Shown here: positions 9,166 through 16,973 of the stretch, piece by piece
Numbering within the stretch: the stretch's first letter is position 1
Layout of the letters: the number at the start of each line of letters is the position of its first letter
NCBI GenBank assembly: GCA_017535665.1
Contig: JAFXTS010000019.1
Coordinates: 54,531-118,530 of the forward strand
Length of the DNA stretch: 64,000 bases
Source of the DNA: Bacteroidales bacterium
GTDB lineage: Bacteria; Bacteroidota; Bacteroidia; Bacteroidales; WCHB1-69
Direction of reading: 5' to 3'
Program-made: the position numbers and the translations under genes
Notes under the pieces: generated by a model
What the model saw: the letters and a program-made list of their open reading frames with translations, nothing else
Told to the model about the DNA's origin: nothing
Databases searched by the model: none

Positions 9166-10470
9166 ATGAGTTCGTTCATCATTCAGGGCAACGCCTCCCT
9201 TTCTGGCGACATCGTTCCGCAAGGTGCTAAAAATGAGGCATTACAGGTTCTCTGTGCCGTTCTGCTCACCCCAGAAAAGGTGCGCATCAACAATTTGCCT
9301 GACATCCGCGATGTGAAGCGTTTGATAGAGATATTGATGGCCTTAGGCGTAGATGTGACCCCAATAGATAGAAATACTTACGAATTTCAGGCGAAAGACA
9401 TCAACTTTACCTACCTGCAATCTCCTGAATTCGTGAAGATTTCAGGAGCCATCCGTGCCTCCATCATGATTCTGGGGCCGCTGTTGGGGCGTTTTGGCAA
9501 GGCGTATGCGGCGAGACCCGGTGGCGACAAGATTGGCCGCCGTCCGCTGAATGCCCATTTTGAAGGGTTTCAAGCGTTGGGAGCAGAATTTTCTTACAAT
9601 TCTAAAACTACATTGTACGAACTTTCAGCCAACCAATTAGAAGGAAAATATATATTGTTGAGTGAGGCCTCTGTGACGGGTACCGCCAACGTGGTGATGG
9701 CCGCTGTGATGGCTCACGGCACCACAACCATCTTCAATGCAGCCTGCGAACCCTATCTGTACCAGCTCTGTACCATGCTCAACAAGATGGGGGCCAAGAT
9801 TAGTGGCATCGGCTCCAACCTGCTGACCATCGAGGGTGTGGAATACTTGGGAGGCTGCGAGCACACCATCCTGCCCGACATGATTGAGATCGGCAGTTTT
9901 ATCGGGATGGCCGCTCTCACCCGTTCCGAACTCACCATCAAAAACTGCGGCATTCCGCACCTCGGCATCATCCCGTCGGTGTTTCGCAAGTTAGGTATCC
10001 AGCTCGACATTCAAGGCGACGACATCCATATCCCCCATCAGGAGGAGTACGAGGTAGAAACCAACATGGATGGTTCCATCCTGACGGTGAGCGACGCACC
10101 GTGGCCCGGTTTCACCCCCGACCTTATTAGTATTGTGTTAGTTACCGCTATTCAAGCCAAAGGCAGTGTGCTGATACACCAGAAAATGTTCGAGAGCCGT
10201 CTCTTCTTTGTGGACAAACTCAAGGAGATGGGCGCACAAATCATCCTCTGCGACCCGCACCGCGCTACCGTCATTGGACTGAACCGCAAGTACCGACTGC
10301 GTGGCACCACTATGGACTCTCCCGATATCCGTGCCGGTGTTTCGTTGCTGTTGGCCGCTCTTTCGGCTGATGGCTATAGCCGCATCAACAACTGCGAGCA
10401 GATTGACCGTGGCTATCAGGACATTGTGCAGCGTCTCAACGCACTGGGAGCTGTTATCGTGAGAGAATAG
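9166..10470 (+). CDS. murA: UDP-N-acetylglucosamine 1-carboxyvinyltransferase
   Basis: MSSFIIQGNASLSGDIVPQGAKNEALQVLCAVLL matches the MurA N-terminus and EPSP-synthase-fold repeats follow. The start was moved from TTG 9157 to ATG 9166. Confidence 0.93.
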   Translation: MSSFIIQGNASLSGDIVPQGAKNEALQVLCAVLLTPEKVRINNLPDIRDVKRLIEILMALGVDVTPIDRNTYEFQAKDINFTYLQSPEFVKISGAIRASIMILGPLLGRFGKAYAARPGGDKIGRRPLNAHFEGFQALGAEFSYNSKTTLYELSANQLEGKYILLSEASVTGTANVVMAAVMAHGTTTIFNAACEPYLYQLCTMLNKMGAKISGIGSNLLTIEGVEYLGGCEHTILPDMIEIGSFIGMAALTRSELTIKNCGIPHLGIIPSVFRKLGIQLDIQGDDIHIPHQEEYEVETNMDGSILTVSDAPWPGFTPDLISIVLVTAIQAKGSVLIHQKMFESRLFFVDKLKEMGAQIILCDPHRATVIGLNRKYRLRGTTMDSPDIRAGVSLLLAALSADGYSRINNCEQIDRGYQDIVQRLNALGAVIVRE

Positions 10471-10684
10471 GCTTATCCTCTCCCTTATTTTTCAAATTTC
10501 ACCAATCCGGACAAAAAAACTCCGAAACGCTTTCAGATTATGCCATTTTTTAGCAGAGTAAAAATGGCAAAAAATGAGTGTTTTGTGTATTCACCATGAA
10601 AATTTGCATTTTTTCATCCCCTTTTTGCATTTTTTTGGAAGAAAATTTTTTTGGAAATTCTGTGATGGAAAAAAATGTTCGTGT

Positions 10685-10692
10685 TAACTTTG
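10685..10692 (+). promoter_or_regulatory. -7 promoter box TAACTTTG
   Basis: TAnnTTTG match 31 nt upstream of the ATG at 10723. It supports the shorter start for the orphan ORF. Confidence 0.45.
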
Positions 10693-10722
10693 TTCGACAA
10701 TTTTAACACAAATATTTTAAAT

Positions 10723-11130
10723 ATGAAAAAGGAAGAAAATGAAATGTTGGTGAAGACCGTTGGAATTCACGAAATCTGCGAAACTTACACGAAAGTAAAA
10801 CAACTACAGGAAGCCGTACGTGCTTTGACCATGACGGAGGAACTCTCTCCCGATGACCGTGAGGCATTGATTGATAAATGTAATGAGTTGATGGGCTTCC
10901 TGTTAGCGGGCGAGACTACGGGGATGATCTGCCGGATGCGGACAGAGAAAACGGTCAGGAGCGTTCAGGCACCGCAATATCCGCCTTTCACCCATCCCGA
11001 GTCGCGCTATGATCCTATGACACGCCGGTATTGGCTTTCTGAGCAAGAGGTAAACGTCATCAAGGCGGCGTTGGGAGCGGATTATTTGGATGACGTTCTT
11101 CCACCACGAGGCCGCCATGATATTAATTAA
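10723..11130 (+). CDS. Hypothetical protein (orphan, 135 aa)
   Basis: ORF in an AT-rich islet with no motif I recognise. It begins MKKEENEMLVKTVGIHEICETY. The codon composition changes midway, with a more GC-rich 3' half. Confidence 0.5.
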   Translation: MKKEENEMLVKTVGIHEICETYTKVKQLQEAVRALTMTEELSPDDREALIDKCNELMGFLLAGETTGMICRMRTEKTVRSVQAPQYPPFTHPESRYDPMTRRYWLSEQEVNVIKAALGADYLDDVLPPRGRHDIN

Positions 11131-11145
11131 TGAAATAATTTTATA

Positions 11146-11167
11146 AAATTGATATATATATCAATTT
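11146..11167. promoter_or_regulatory. Perfect 22-bp palindrome, candidate operator of the TA pair
   Basis: AAATTGATATATATATCAATTT is its own reverse complement. It sits directly upstream of the -7 box of the toxin/HTH operon. Confidence 0.55.
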
Positions 11168-11173
11168 ATTTTG

Positions 11174-11181
11174 TAATTTTG
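11174..11181 (+). promoter_or_regulatory. -7 promoter box TAATTTTG of the toxin/antitoxin operon
   Basis: TAnnTTTG match 8 nt upstream of the ATG at 11189, so the mRNA would be nearly leaderless. Confidence 0.45.
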
Positions 11182-11188
11182 CAGCCTA

Positions 11189-11668
11189 ATGAAAAAGAAG
11201 ACAACAGTCGACAGAATAGTCGAATCGGAAAAAACCACCCTATACTCAATAAGTTTTGAAATAGATGGCACTACTGAATTTGAAAAATTTGTAACAATAT
11301 TTGAAGCAAACGCTAAATACAACTCTGATTATCAAAGAATTATTGCAGCATTACAAGTAATCCTAGAAAGAGGTGCATTGGAAAGATTCTTTAGACCTGA
11401 AGGAAAAATGAATGACAATGTGCATGCTATTCCCATCAATCACAGCAAATTAAGATTATACTGCTTAAGGATTTCAGAACAGATACTCATACTCGGAAAT
11501 GGTGGAATAAAAAAAACTAGCAGTTATCAAGAAGACCCTAAGTTATATGGTTATGTTTTAGATTTACAACGATTTGAAAAGATATTAAAGGAAAGTATTA
11601 ATAAGGGTTATATTAGTGTCAATAAGAAAGAGCTCACTGGGATTGAAAATATCACATTTGAAATATGA
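11189..11668 (+). CDS. Putative RelE/ParE-superfamily (HigB/Gp49-like) toxin with a C-terminal extension
   Basis: 159 aa. The segment KLRLYCLRISEQILILGNGGIKKT resembles the (Y)RIxYxxxxxxIvLLxGFxKKT core of Gp49/HigB-like toxins. It overlaps the downstream HTH gene by 4 bp (ATGA). Confidence 0.45.
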   Translation: MKKKTTVDRIVESEKTTLYSISFEIDGTTEFEKFVTIFEANAKYNSDYQRIIAALQVILERGALERFFRPEGKMNDNVHAIPINHSKLRLYCLRISEQILILGNGGIKKTSSYQEDPKLYGYVLDLQRFEKILKESINKGYISVNKKELTGIENITFEI

Positions 11669-11934
11669 ATAATAAACAAGAGTGGTTTACCAACAAAGTA
11701 GAAAAAATTTCACCTGAAATCATGGATGAGATTCGAATGTCAGCAGATATCATTGCACGCATTGACATGATACTCAAAAAGAAAAATATGTCCCAGCGTG
11801 ATTTGGCTCATAAAATGGGGAAAGATGAGGCAACTATATCTAGATGGGTTACTGGTTTCCCAAATTTTACCCTCCGCACGTTAGCACAGATCTCTGCCGC
11901 ATTGGGAGAGCCTCTCATTAAACTGGCTGACTGA
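11665..11934 (+). CDS. XRE-family helix-turn-helix protein (HigA-like antitoxin candidate)
   Basis: 89 aa. MSQRDLAHKMGKDEATISRWVTG is a classic Cro/C1-type HTH. It is translationally coupled to the upstream ORF. Confidence 0.75.
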   Translation: MNNKQEWFTNKVEKISPEIMDEIRMSADIIARIDMILKKKNMSQRDLAHKMGKDEATISRWVTGFPNFTLRTLAQISAALGEPLIKLAD

Positions 11935-11953
11935 AGAAGTGAAGATTTTTTTG

Positions 11954-11961
11954 TATCTTTG
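11954..11961 (+). promoter_or_regulatory. -7 promoter box TATCTTTG upstream of the aldo/keto reductase
   Basis: TAnnTTTG match 44 nt upstream of the ATG at 12005. Confidence 0.45.
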
Positions 11962-12004
11962 CAAGCCTATTTCAGTAGAACAGTAACCATCAATTTATCC
12001 CAAT

Positions 12005-13276
12005 ATGAAATTCAAACACATCCTTATGCAGAGCATTGCCGCCGTGTGTGCGGTTCTGCTGCTGACTTGCTGCAACAGCAAAAAAGAGTCTCCCGCTTCT
12101 GTAGCCGTGGAGAACCCCAACATGGAGTACCGCACACTGGGTAGCACCGGACTGCGCGTAGGCGTAATTGGTCTCGGCTGCGGCGGCTTCGACGACATTG
12201 ACTCCGCCGCCTCCCGCCAGCTGGTGTACGCCGCCCTCGACAGTGGCATGAACTATATGGACCTCTACGATGCCAACCCCAAGGTACGCAGCAACATCGG
12301 CTACGGTCTCGGCGACCGCCGCAGCGAAATGATCATCCAAGGCCACATCGGCTGCTGGTGGAACGGCGACAGCTACGAGCGCACCCGCGATGTGGAGAAG
12401 TGCAAAATCGGCTTCGAAGACCTGCTCACCCGCCTCCACACCGACTATATAGACATAGGCATGATGCACATTTTTGACAAAATGGAGGAATGGGAAGCCG
12501 TGCAGGGAAGTGATTACCTCCAGTATGTCAAGGACTTGAAGGCGCAGGGCAAAATCAAACATATCGGGGTGAGCAGCCACAACGCGAAGGTGGCGCTGGC
12601 CATTGCCAAGAGCGGCCTCGTGGAAGTCATCATGTTCAGCCTCAACCCCGCCTTCGACCGCACCCAGCCCGATGCCAACCCCTGGGATCCCAAGACTTAC
12701 GATAACCTGCTGCCAGGCATCGACCCTGTACGCATGGAACTGTACGACTACTGCGCACAGCACAATATCGCCATCACGGTGATGAAGGCATACGGCGGCG
12801 GTGACCGCCTGTTGGATGCGGAGAAATCACCACTGAAGGTGGCCCTCACCCGCGACCAGTGCGTGGCCTACGTCCTGTCGAAACCCTGTGTGGCCGTAAG
12901 TTTGTGCAGCGCCAGCAATGCCGACCAACTTGCTGAATACCTGCACTATCTGAAGGCCACCGACGAAGAGAAAGACTACAATGCGGTACTGAATGCCACC
13001 ACATCGCAGGCTGGCACGAGCGCAGGACAAGGAGGCTGCACCTACTGCAAACACTGCGCCCCCTGTCCGAAAGGCATCGACATTGCCAAGGTGAACGAAC
13101 TTCTGGCCGAAGCCGAGTTGGCCGGCAAAGTCTCGCCCGACCTAGCCGCACGCTATAAAAAGCTGGAGCATCACGCCAGCGACTGTATCGAATGTGGCGT
13201 TTGCGAGGACCGCTGTCCCTTCGATGTTCCCGTCCGCGAGCGGATGAAAAAAGCCCAGCAGGTGTTCGGATACTAG
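12005..13276 (+). CDS. Aldo/keto reductase with a C-terminal 2x[4Fe-4S]-type ferredoxin domain and an N-terminal lipoprotein-like signal
   Basis: AKR core (MEYRTLGSTGLRVGVIGLG..., HIGVSSHN). C-terminal CTYCKHCAPCP and CIECGVCEDRCP cluster motifs. The 39-aa N-terminal extension ends in LLLTCC. Confidence 0.85.
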   Translation: MKFKHILMQSIAAVCAVLLLTCCNSKKESPASVAVENPNMEYRTLGSTGLRVGVIGLGCGGFDDIDSAASRQLVYAALDSGMNYMDLYDANPKVRSNIGYGLGDRRSEMIIQGHIGCWWNGDSYERTRDVEKCKIGFEDLLTRLHTDYIDIGMMHIFDKMEEWEAVQGSDYLQYVKDLKAQGKIKHIGVSSHNAKVALAIAKSGLVEVIMFSLNPAFDRTQPDANPWDPKTYDNLLPGIDPVRMELYDYCAQHNIAITVMKAYGGGDRLLDAEKSPLKVALTRDQCVAYVLSKPCVAVSLCSASNADQLAEYLHYLKATDEEKDYNAVLNATTSQAGTSAGQGGCTYCKHCAPCPKGIDIAKVNELLAEAELAGKVSPDLAARYKKLEHHASDCIECGVCEDRCPFDVPVRERMKKAQQVFGY

Positions 13277-13315
13277 AGTTTTTTGACTTATTTCAATTGT
13301 TTCATGAAAAAGGTT

Positions 13316-13351
13316 GTTCATTTTCTTTGCTTGCGCCCAAAGAAAATGAAC
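13316..13351. other. Perfect 14-bp stem hairpin
   Basis: GTTCATTTTCTTTG (13316-13329), loop CTTGCGCC, then CAAAGAAAATGAAC (13338-13351). It lies 40 nt after the AKR stop and has no clear U-tract. Confidence 0.6.
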
Positions 13352-13399
13352 CAAAAGAAATGCGCTTTGCCGCTGCGCAAATTCCGGCTAAAATCGGCG

Positions 13400-13960
13400 C
13401 TCCCTCGCTAAACGGCGAAAAACTTGATGAGCTCCACTATGTTACGCTCATCTTCGGGCAGTTCGCCGTTCTTCACGCTCGCTCGCACCGATTTCTTCAC
13501 GCCTCCATTTGCAAGGCGGCGGTTCACCGATACTGCAACGCATTCATCTCGCATTTCGGAGAAATGCACTCTCAGTAACCCCAGACAAGCGAACAAAGTG
13601 AGTGCAGTCTGGGGAGGAGAAACGCCACATCGCAAACCGCGGCACGACGACAGAACGATAGGACCTGTCGTTGGGTATGCCGCGGAATAACAACGAACTG
13701 TTCTTAAGATCCCTAATCATAAAAATCCTCAAACCTATAGAAAAAAAAATTGTTCAATAAGAATCCTTGGCTGTTCAATGATAAAGTCAACCGTTTTTTA
13801 CCATCTGCCGCAAGAAGTTTCAACTGGTTACAATTTATAACCGTTTCATTTCCTTCCTTTACCAGACGATGCTTCAGTACTTTCCAATAATCCCGAGGAT
13901 TTGGACTGCCTGTAAGCACACCACACACATCCACTATAGAAAATATATCTAATAATACAT
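13400..13960 (-). pseudogene. Decayed prophage-antirepressor-like gene fragment
   Basis: The minus-strand frame gives FSIVDVCGVLTGSPNPRDYWKVLKHRLVKEGNETVINCNQLKLLAADGKKRLT, which from memory resembles the central segment of Bro-N/antirepressor-type proteins. The N-terminus is missing, since the apparent Met lies inside the kor terminator. Downstream the frame breaks into short pieces. Confidence 0.4.
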
Positions 13961-13961
13961 C

Positions 13962-13997
13962 AAAAAAAACGGGGGCATCTGGAGATGCCCCCGTTTT
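13962..13997 (-). terminator. Rho-independent terminator of korAB
   Basis: Perfect 11-bp stem ACGGGGGCATC / GATGCCCCCGT with loop TGGA. On the minus strand it is followed by T8. Confidence 0.9.
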
Positions 13998-14023
13998 CAA
14001 TTCTCATTTTTCAATTTTCAACT
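13996..14023 (-). repeat. Tandem heptamer array (AATTGAA-type) in the korB 3' UTR
   Basis: The minus strand reads GAGTTGAAAATTGAAAAATGAGAATTGAAA. It sits between the korB stop (14026) and the terminator. Confidence 0.8.
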
Positions 14024-14025
14024 CA

Positions 14026-15057
14026 CTACACTTCCCAAGTGTCGCCGCTGTTGAGCAGGTCGTCCACGCATTTGTATTTGCCGTTGGCCATACATTCATC
14101 CATCTGGTCTTCGTACAACTGTGTGTAAGACACCTTCTTAACGTTACGGATAACACCAAGAGCAACCGGAAGATCGCCGCTCATACGGGCCAGCATCATG
14201 TGGATACCAGCATCCTCGGTGGTTTCATCATGAATCATGATGTCGTCGAGGGTGATGCCGTTCTCGCCGATGGTGACGGCTTCGAGGCAGCGGCCGTTGA
14301 AGCGGAGACCCTTGTTCTTCTCCTTACCAAAAATCATCGGCTTGCCATGCTCCAACACGATTGTGCGGTCGTCGCGGACAGCGCGGTCGGTGATAGCGGC
14401 ATGGGTCTTGTCGTTAAAGATCATGCAGTTCTGAAGAACTTCCACCACACTGGTGCCGTCGTGCTGGGCGGCGCGGGTCATGATGTCGGTGGTCAGCCCC
14501 GGCACGCAGTCGAGGGCGCGGGCGAAGAAGGTGCCCTGTGCGCCCATCACCAGCTCGCCAGGATTGAACGGATAGTCAATCGTGCCGAACGGAGAGGTCT
14601 TGGTGACCTGGCCGAACTTGGTGGTCGGGCTGTACTGGCCTTTGGTCAGACCGTAAATCTCATTGTTGAAGATGGTGATGTTGAGGTCCTGGTTACGGCG
14701 GACGGCATGGATAAGATGGTTGCCGCCGATGGCCATGGAGTCGCCGTCGCCCATGTTCACCCACACGCTGAGAGCCGGATTGGCCAGCTTGGCACCCGTA
14801 GCGATGGCGCAGGCGCGTCCGTGGATGCTGTGGAAACCGTAAGTGTCAACATAATAAGGAATACGTGATGAGCAGCCGATGCCGGATACCATCAGGATAT
14901 TCTCTTTCTTGTGACCGGTTTTGGGGAATGTGTTGAGCAAAGCAGCAAGGATGGCGTGGTCACCGCAGCCGGGGCACCATTTCACCATCTGGTCGCTCTG
15001 AAAATCAGCCTTTGTATATTCGCATTCCGCTTTGGGAACAAAATGTCTTTCTGCCAT
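14026..15057 (-). CDS. korB: 2-oxoacid:ferredoxin oxidoreductase beta subunit (TPP-binding)
   Basis: 343 aa with WCPGCGDHAIL and the GIGCSSR / GDGD TPP-binding motifs. Confidence 0.92.
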   Translation of the reverse strand: MAERHFVPKAECEYTKADFQSDQMVKWCPGCGDHAILAALLNTFPKTGHKKENILMVSGIGCSSRIPYYVDTYGFHSIHGRACAIATGAKLANPALSVWVNMGDGDSMAIGGNHLIHAVRRNQDLNITIFNNEIYGLTKGQYSPTTKFGQVTKTSPFGTIDYPFNPGELVMGAQGTFFARALDCVPGLTTDIMTRAAQHDGTSVVEVLQNCMIFNDKTHAAITDRAVRDDRTIVLEHGKPMIFGKEKNKGLRFNGRCLEAVTIGENGITLDDIMIHDETTEDAGIHMMLARMSGDLPVALGVIRNVKKVSYTQLYEDQMDECMANGKYKCVDDLLNSGDTWEV

Positions 15058-15060
15058 AGC

Positions 15061-16896
15061 TTATTCTCCTAAAATTTTAGTGAAACAATCTTTTAACTCG
15101 CCCACTTCGAAAGGAAGTCCCATGACCTTATTGTACTGTTTCATAGGACATTCGGGGAACTGGGTGCGCAGATAGCCGGCAAACTGACCGTTGTTCAGCT
15201 CGCAGACCACGATTTTCTTGTACTTGCGCAGAATGTCGCCCGTATTCTTCGGCAGAGGACAGATGTAGTTGAAATGGGTGTAGGCCACTTTCTTGCCTTC
15301 GTTGTTGAGTTCTTCAACGGCGAGGGTGAGAGCGCCAGCGGTGCCGCCCCAGCCCACCACGAGGAGGTCAGCATCGGGGTTGCCGGTCACCTCCTGGTCG
15401 GGGATGTCGTTGGCCACACGATTCACTTTCTCCTGGCGGTTGTAGGTCATGAGGGCGTGGTTTTCCGGATCGGTGCTGAGAGGACCGTCGGGGCATTTCT
15501 CCAAGCCGCCCACGCGGTGGCTCAAACCTTCCATTCCCGGAAGTGCCCATTCGCGTGCGAAGGTCTCGGGATCGCGGCGGAACGGTCTGTAATTCGGATC
15601 GTTGGGTTTCGCCAATCTCGGGGTGATGCTCGGAAGGTCAGCTACTTTCGGAATGCGGAAGAGCTGCGAACCGTTGCCAAGATAACCGTCAGTGAGCAAG
15701 ATGACAGGGGTCATGTGCTCGAGTGCGATCTTAGCGGCATTGTAAGCCCAGTAGAAGCAGTTGGCGCTGGAAGAAGCGGCCACTACTACCAGCGGAGCCT
15801 CGCCATTACGGCCGTAAAGCGCCTGGTTGAGGTCGCTCTGCTCGGTCTTGGTAGGAAGGCCAGTGGAGGGACCACCACGCTGCACATCCACCACCACGAG
15901 CGGAAGTTCCACCATGACGGCCAAGCCGAGAGCCTCGCTCTTGAGGGAGAGACCAGGACCGGAAGTAGAGGTGCAGGCCAGTGCGCCAGCGTAGGAAGCA
16001 CCAATAGCGGAGCAAACACCAGCGATCTCATCTTCAGCCTGGAATACTCTGGCACCCAGTGCTTTGTGCTTGGCCAGCTCAACCATCACATCCGTAGCGG
16101 GGGTGATAGGATAGGAACCGAGGAACAGGCGACGGCCCGAACGCTCAGCAGCAGCCAAAAGTCCCCATGCGGTGGCAACATTACCAGTAATGTTGCGGTA
16201 ACGACCTTTCGGCATCTCAGCGTGAGCTGCCTCAATGATATGGGAATGAATGAGTTCCACCTTATCGGCATACTCATAACCTTCGGTCAAAACAGCCTTG
16301 TTGAGCTTCACCACATCGGGTTTCTTGGCGAACTTGCGTTCCAGATAGGCGAAGGTCTGGTCCAAGGTCTTGTGGGTCATGTAAAAGATAATACCGAGGG
16401 CGAACATGTTGCGGCACTTCTCATACACTTTCTTGTCAGCGCCCTGCTCCTTGCCGATTCTCTCGGTGAAGGAGGTGACGGGAGCCTTGACGATGGCGTA
16501 CTCGCGCTCGAGTTCGTCGGTGAAAGGATCGGAAGTGTAGCCGGCCTTGCTCATGGCCTCATCGGTGAAGGTGTCAATGTCAACGATGACCACGGCGCCC
16601 TTTTTCGCCCACTTGAGGTTGGACTTGAAGGAGGCGGGGTTCATGGCGACGAGGATGTCGCACTTGTCGCCGGAGCTGTAAATGTGATTTCCCACGTGTA
16701 CCTGATAGCCGCTCACGCCAGCGATGGTGTTGTGCGGGGCGCGAATCTCAGCGGGATAGTCGGGGAAGGTGGCGATGTCGTTGCCGGTCAGTGCGGAAGC
16801 GTCGGAGAACAAGGTTCCCGAGAGCTGCATACCGTCGCCGGAGTCTCCTGCAAAGCGGACGACAATGTCTTCTTTTCTAATAATGTTATCTGCCAT
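15061..16896 (-). CDS. korA: 2-oxoacid:ferredoxin oxidoreductase alpha subunit
   Basis: 611 aa, a fused gamma/alpha-type KorA (FAGDSGDGMQLSG..., YPITPATD). It lies 3 nt upstream of korB. Confidence 0.92.
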   Translation of the reverse strand: MADNIIRKEDIVVRFAGDSGDGMQLSGTLFSDASALTGNDIATFPDYPAEIRAPHNTIAGVSGYQVHVGNHIYSSGDKCDILVAMNPASFKSNLKWAKKGAVVIVDIDTFTDEAMSKAGYTSDPFTDELEREYAIVKAPVTSFTERIGKEQGADKKVYEKCRNMFALGIIFYMTHKTLDQTFAYLERKFAKKPDVVKLNKAVLTEGYEYADKVELIHSHIIEAAHAEMPKGRYRNITGNVATAWGLLAAAERSGRRLFLGSYPITPATDVMVELAKHKALGARVFQAEDEIAGVCSAIGASYAGALACTSTSGPGLSLKSEALGLAVMVELPLVVVDVQRGGPSTGLPTKTEQSDLNQALYGRNGEAPLVVVAASSSANCFYWAYNAAKIALEHMTPVILLTDGYLGNGSQLFRIPKVADLPSITPRLAKPNDPNYRPFRRDPETFAREWALPGMEGLSHRVGGLEKCPDGPLSTDPENHALMTYNRQEKVNRVANDIPDQEVTGNPDADLLVVGWGGTAGALTLAVEELNNEGKKVAYTHFNYICPLPKNTGDILRKYKKIVVCELNNGQFAGYLRTQFPECPMKQYNKVMGLPFEVGELKDCFTKILGE

Positions 16897-16930
16897 TCTA
16901 TATATATTTATGAATTTTCAAATTATCTAA

Positions 16931-16960
16931 TGTAGAGACGCGATGCATCACGTCTCTACA
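16931..16960 (-). terminator. Hairpin between kbl and korA (possible terminator or processing site)
   Basis: Perfect 10-bp stem TGTAGAGACG / CGTCTCTACA with a 10-nt loop and a weak U-tract. Confidence 0.35.
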
Positions 16961-16973
16961 GAAATCGCAAATA

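Noticed and set aside
11990-12763. 257-aa ORF on the minus strand
   Set aside because: It is antisense to the aldo/keto reductase, which has the AKR and Fe-S motifs.
13192-13732. Several 60-130-aa ORFs on both strands
   Set aside because: They overlap one another in a region best explained as a decayed gene plus hairpins. None has a start context or a motif.
15274-16935. 553-aa ORF on the plus strand
   Set aside because: It is antisense to korA, which has clear family motifs. It is a shadow ORF.
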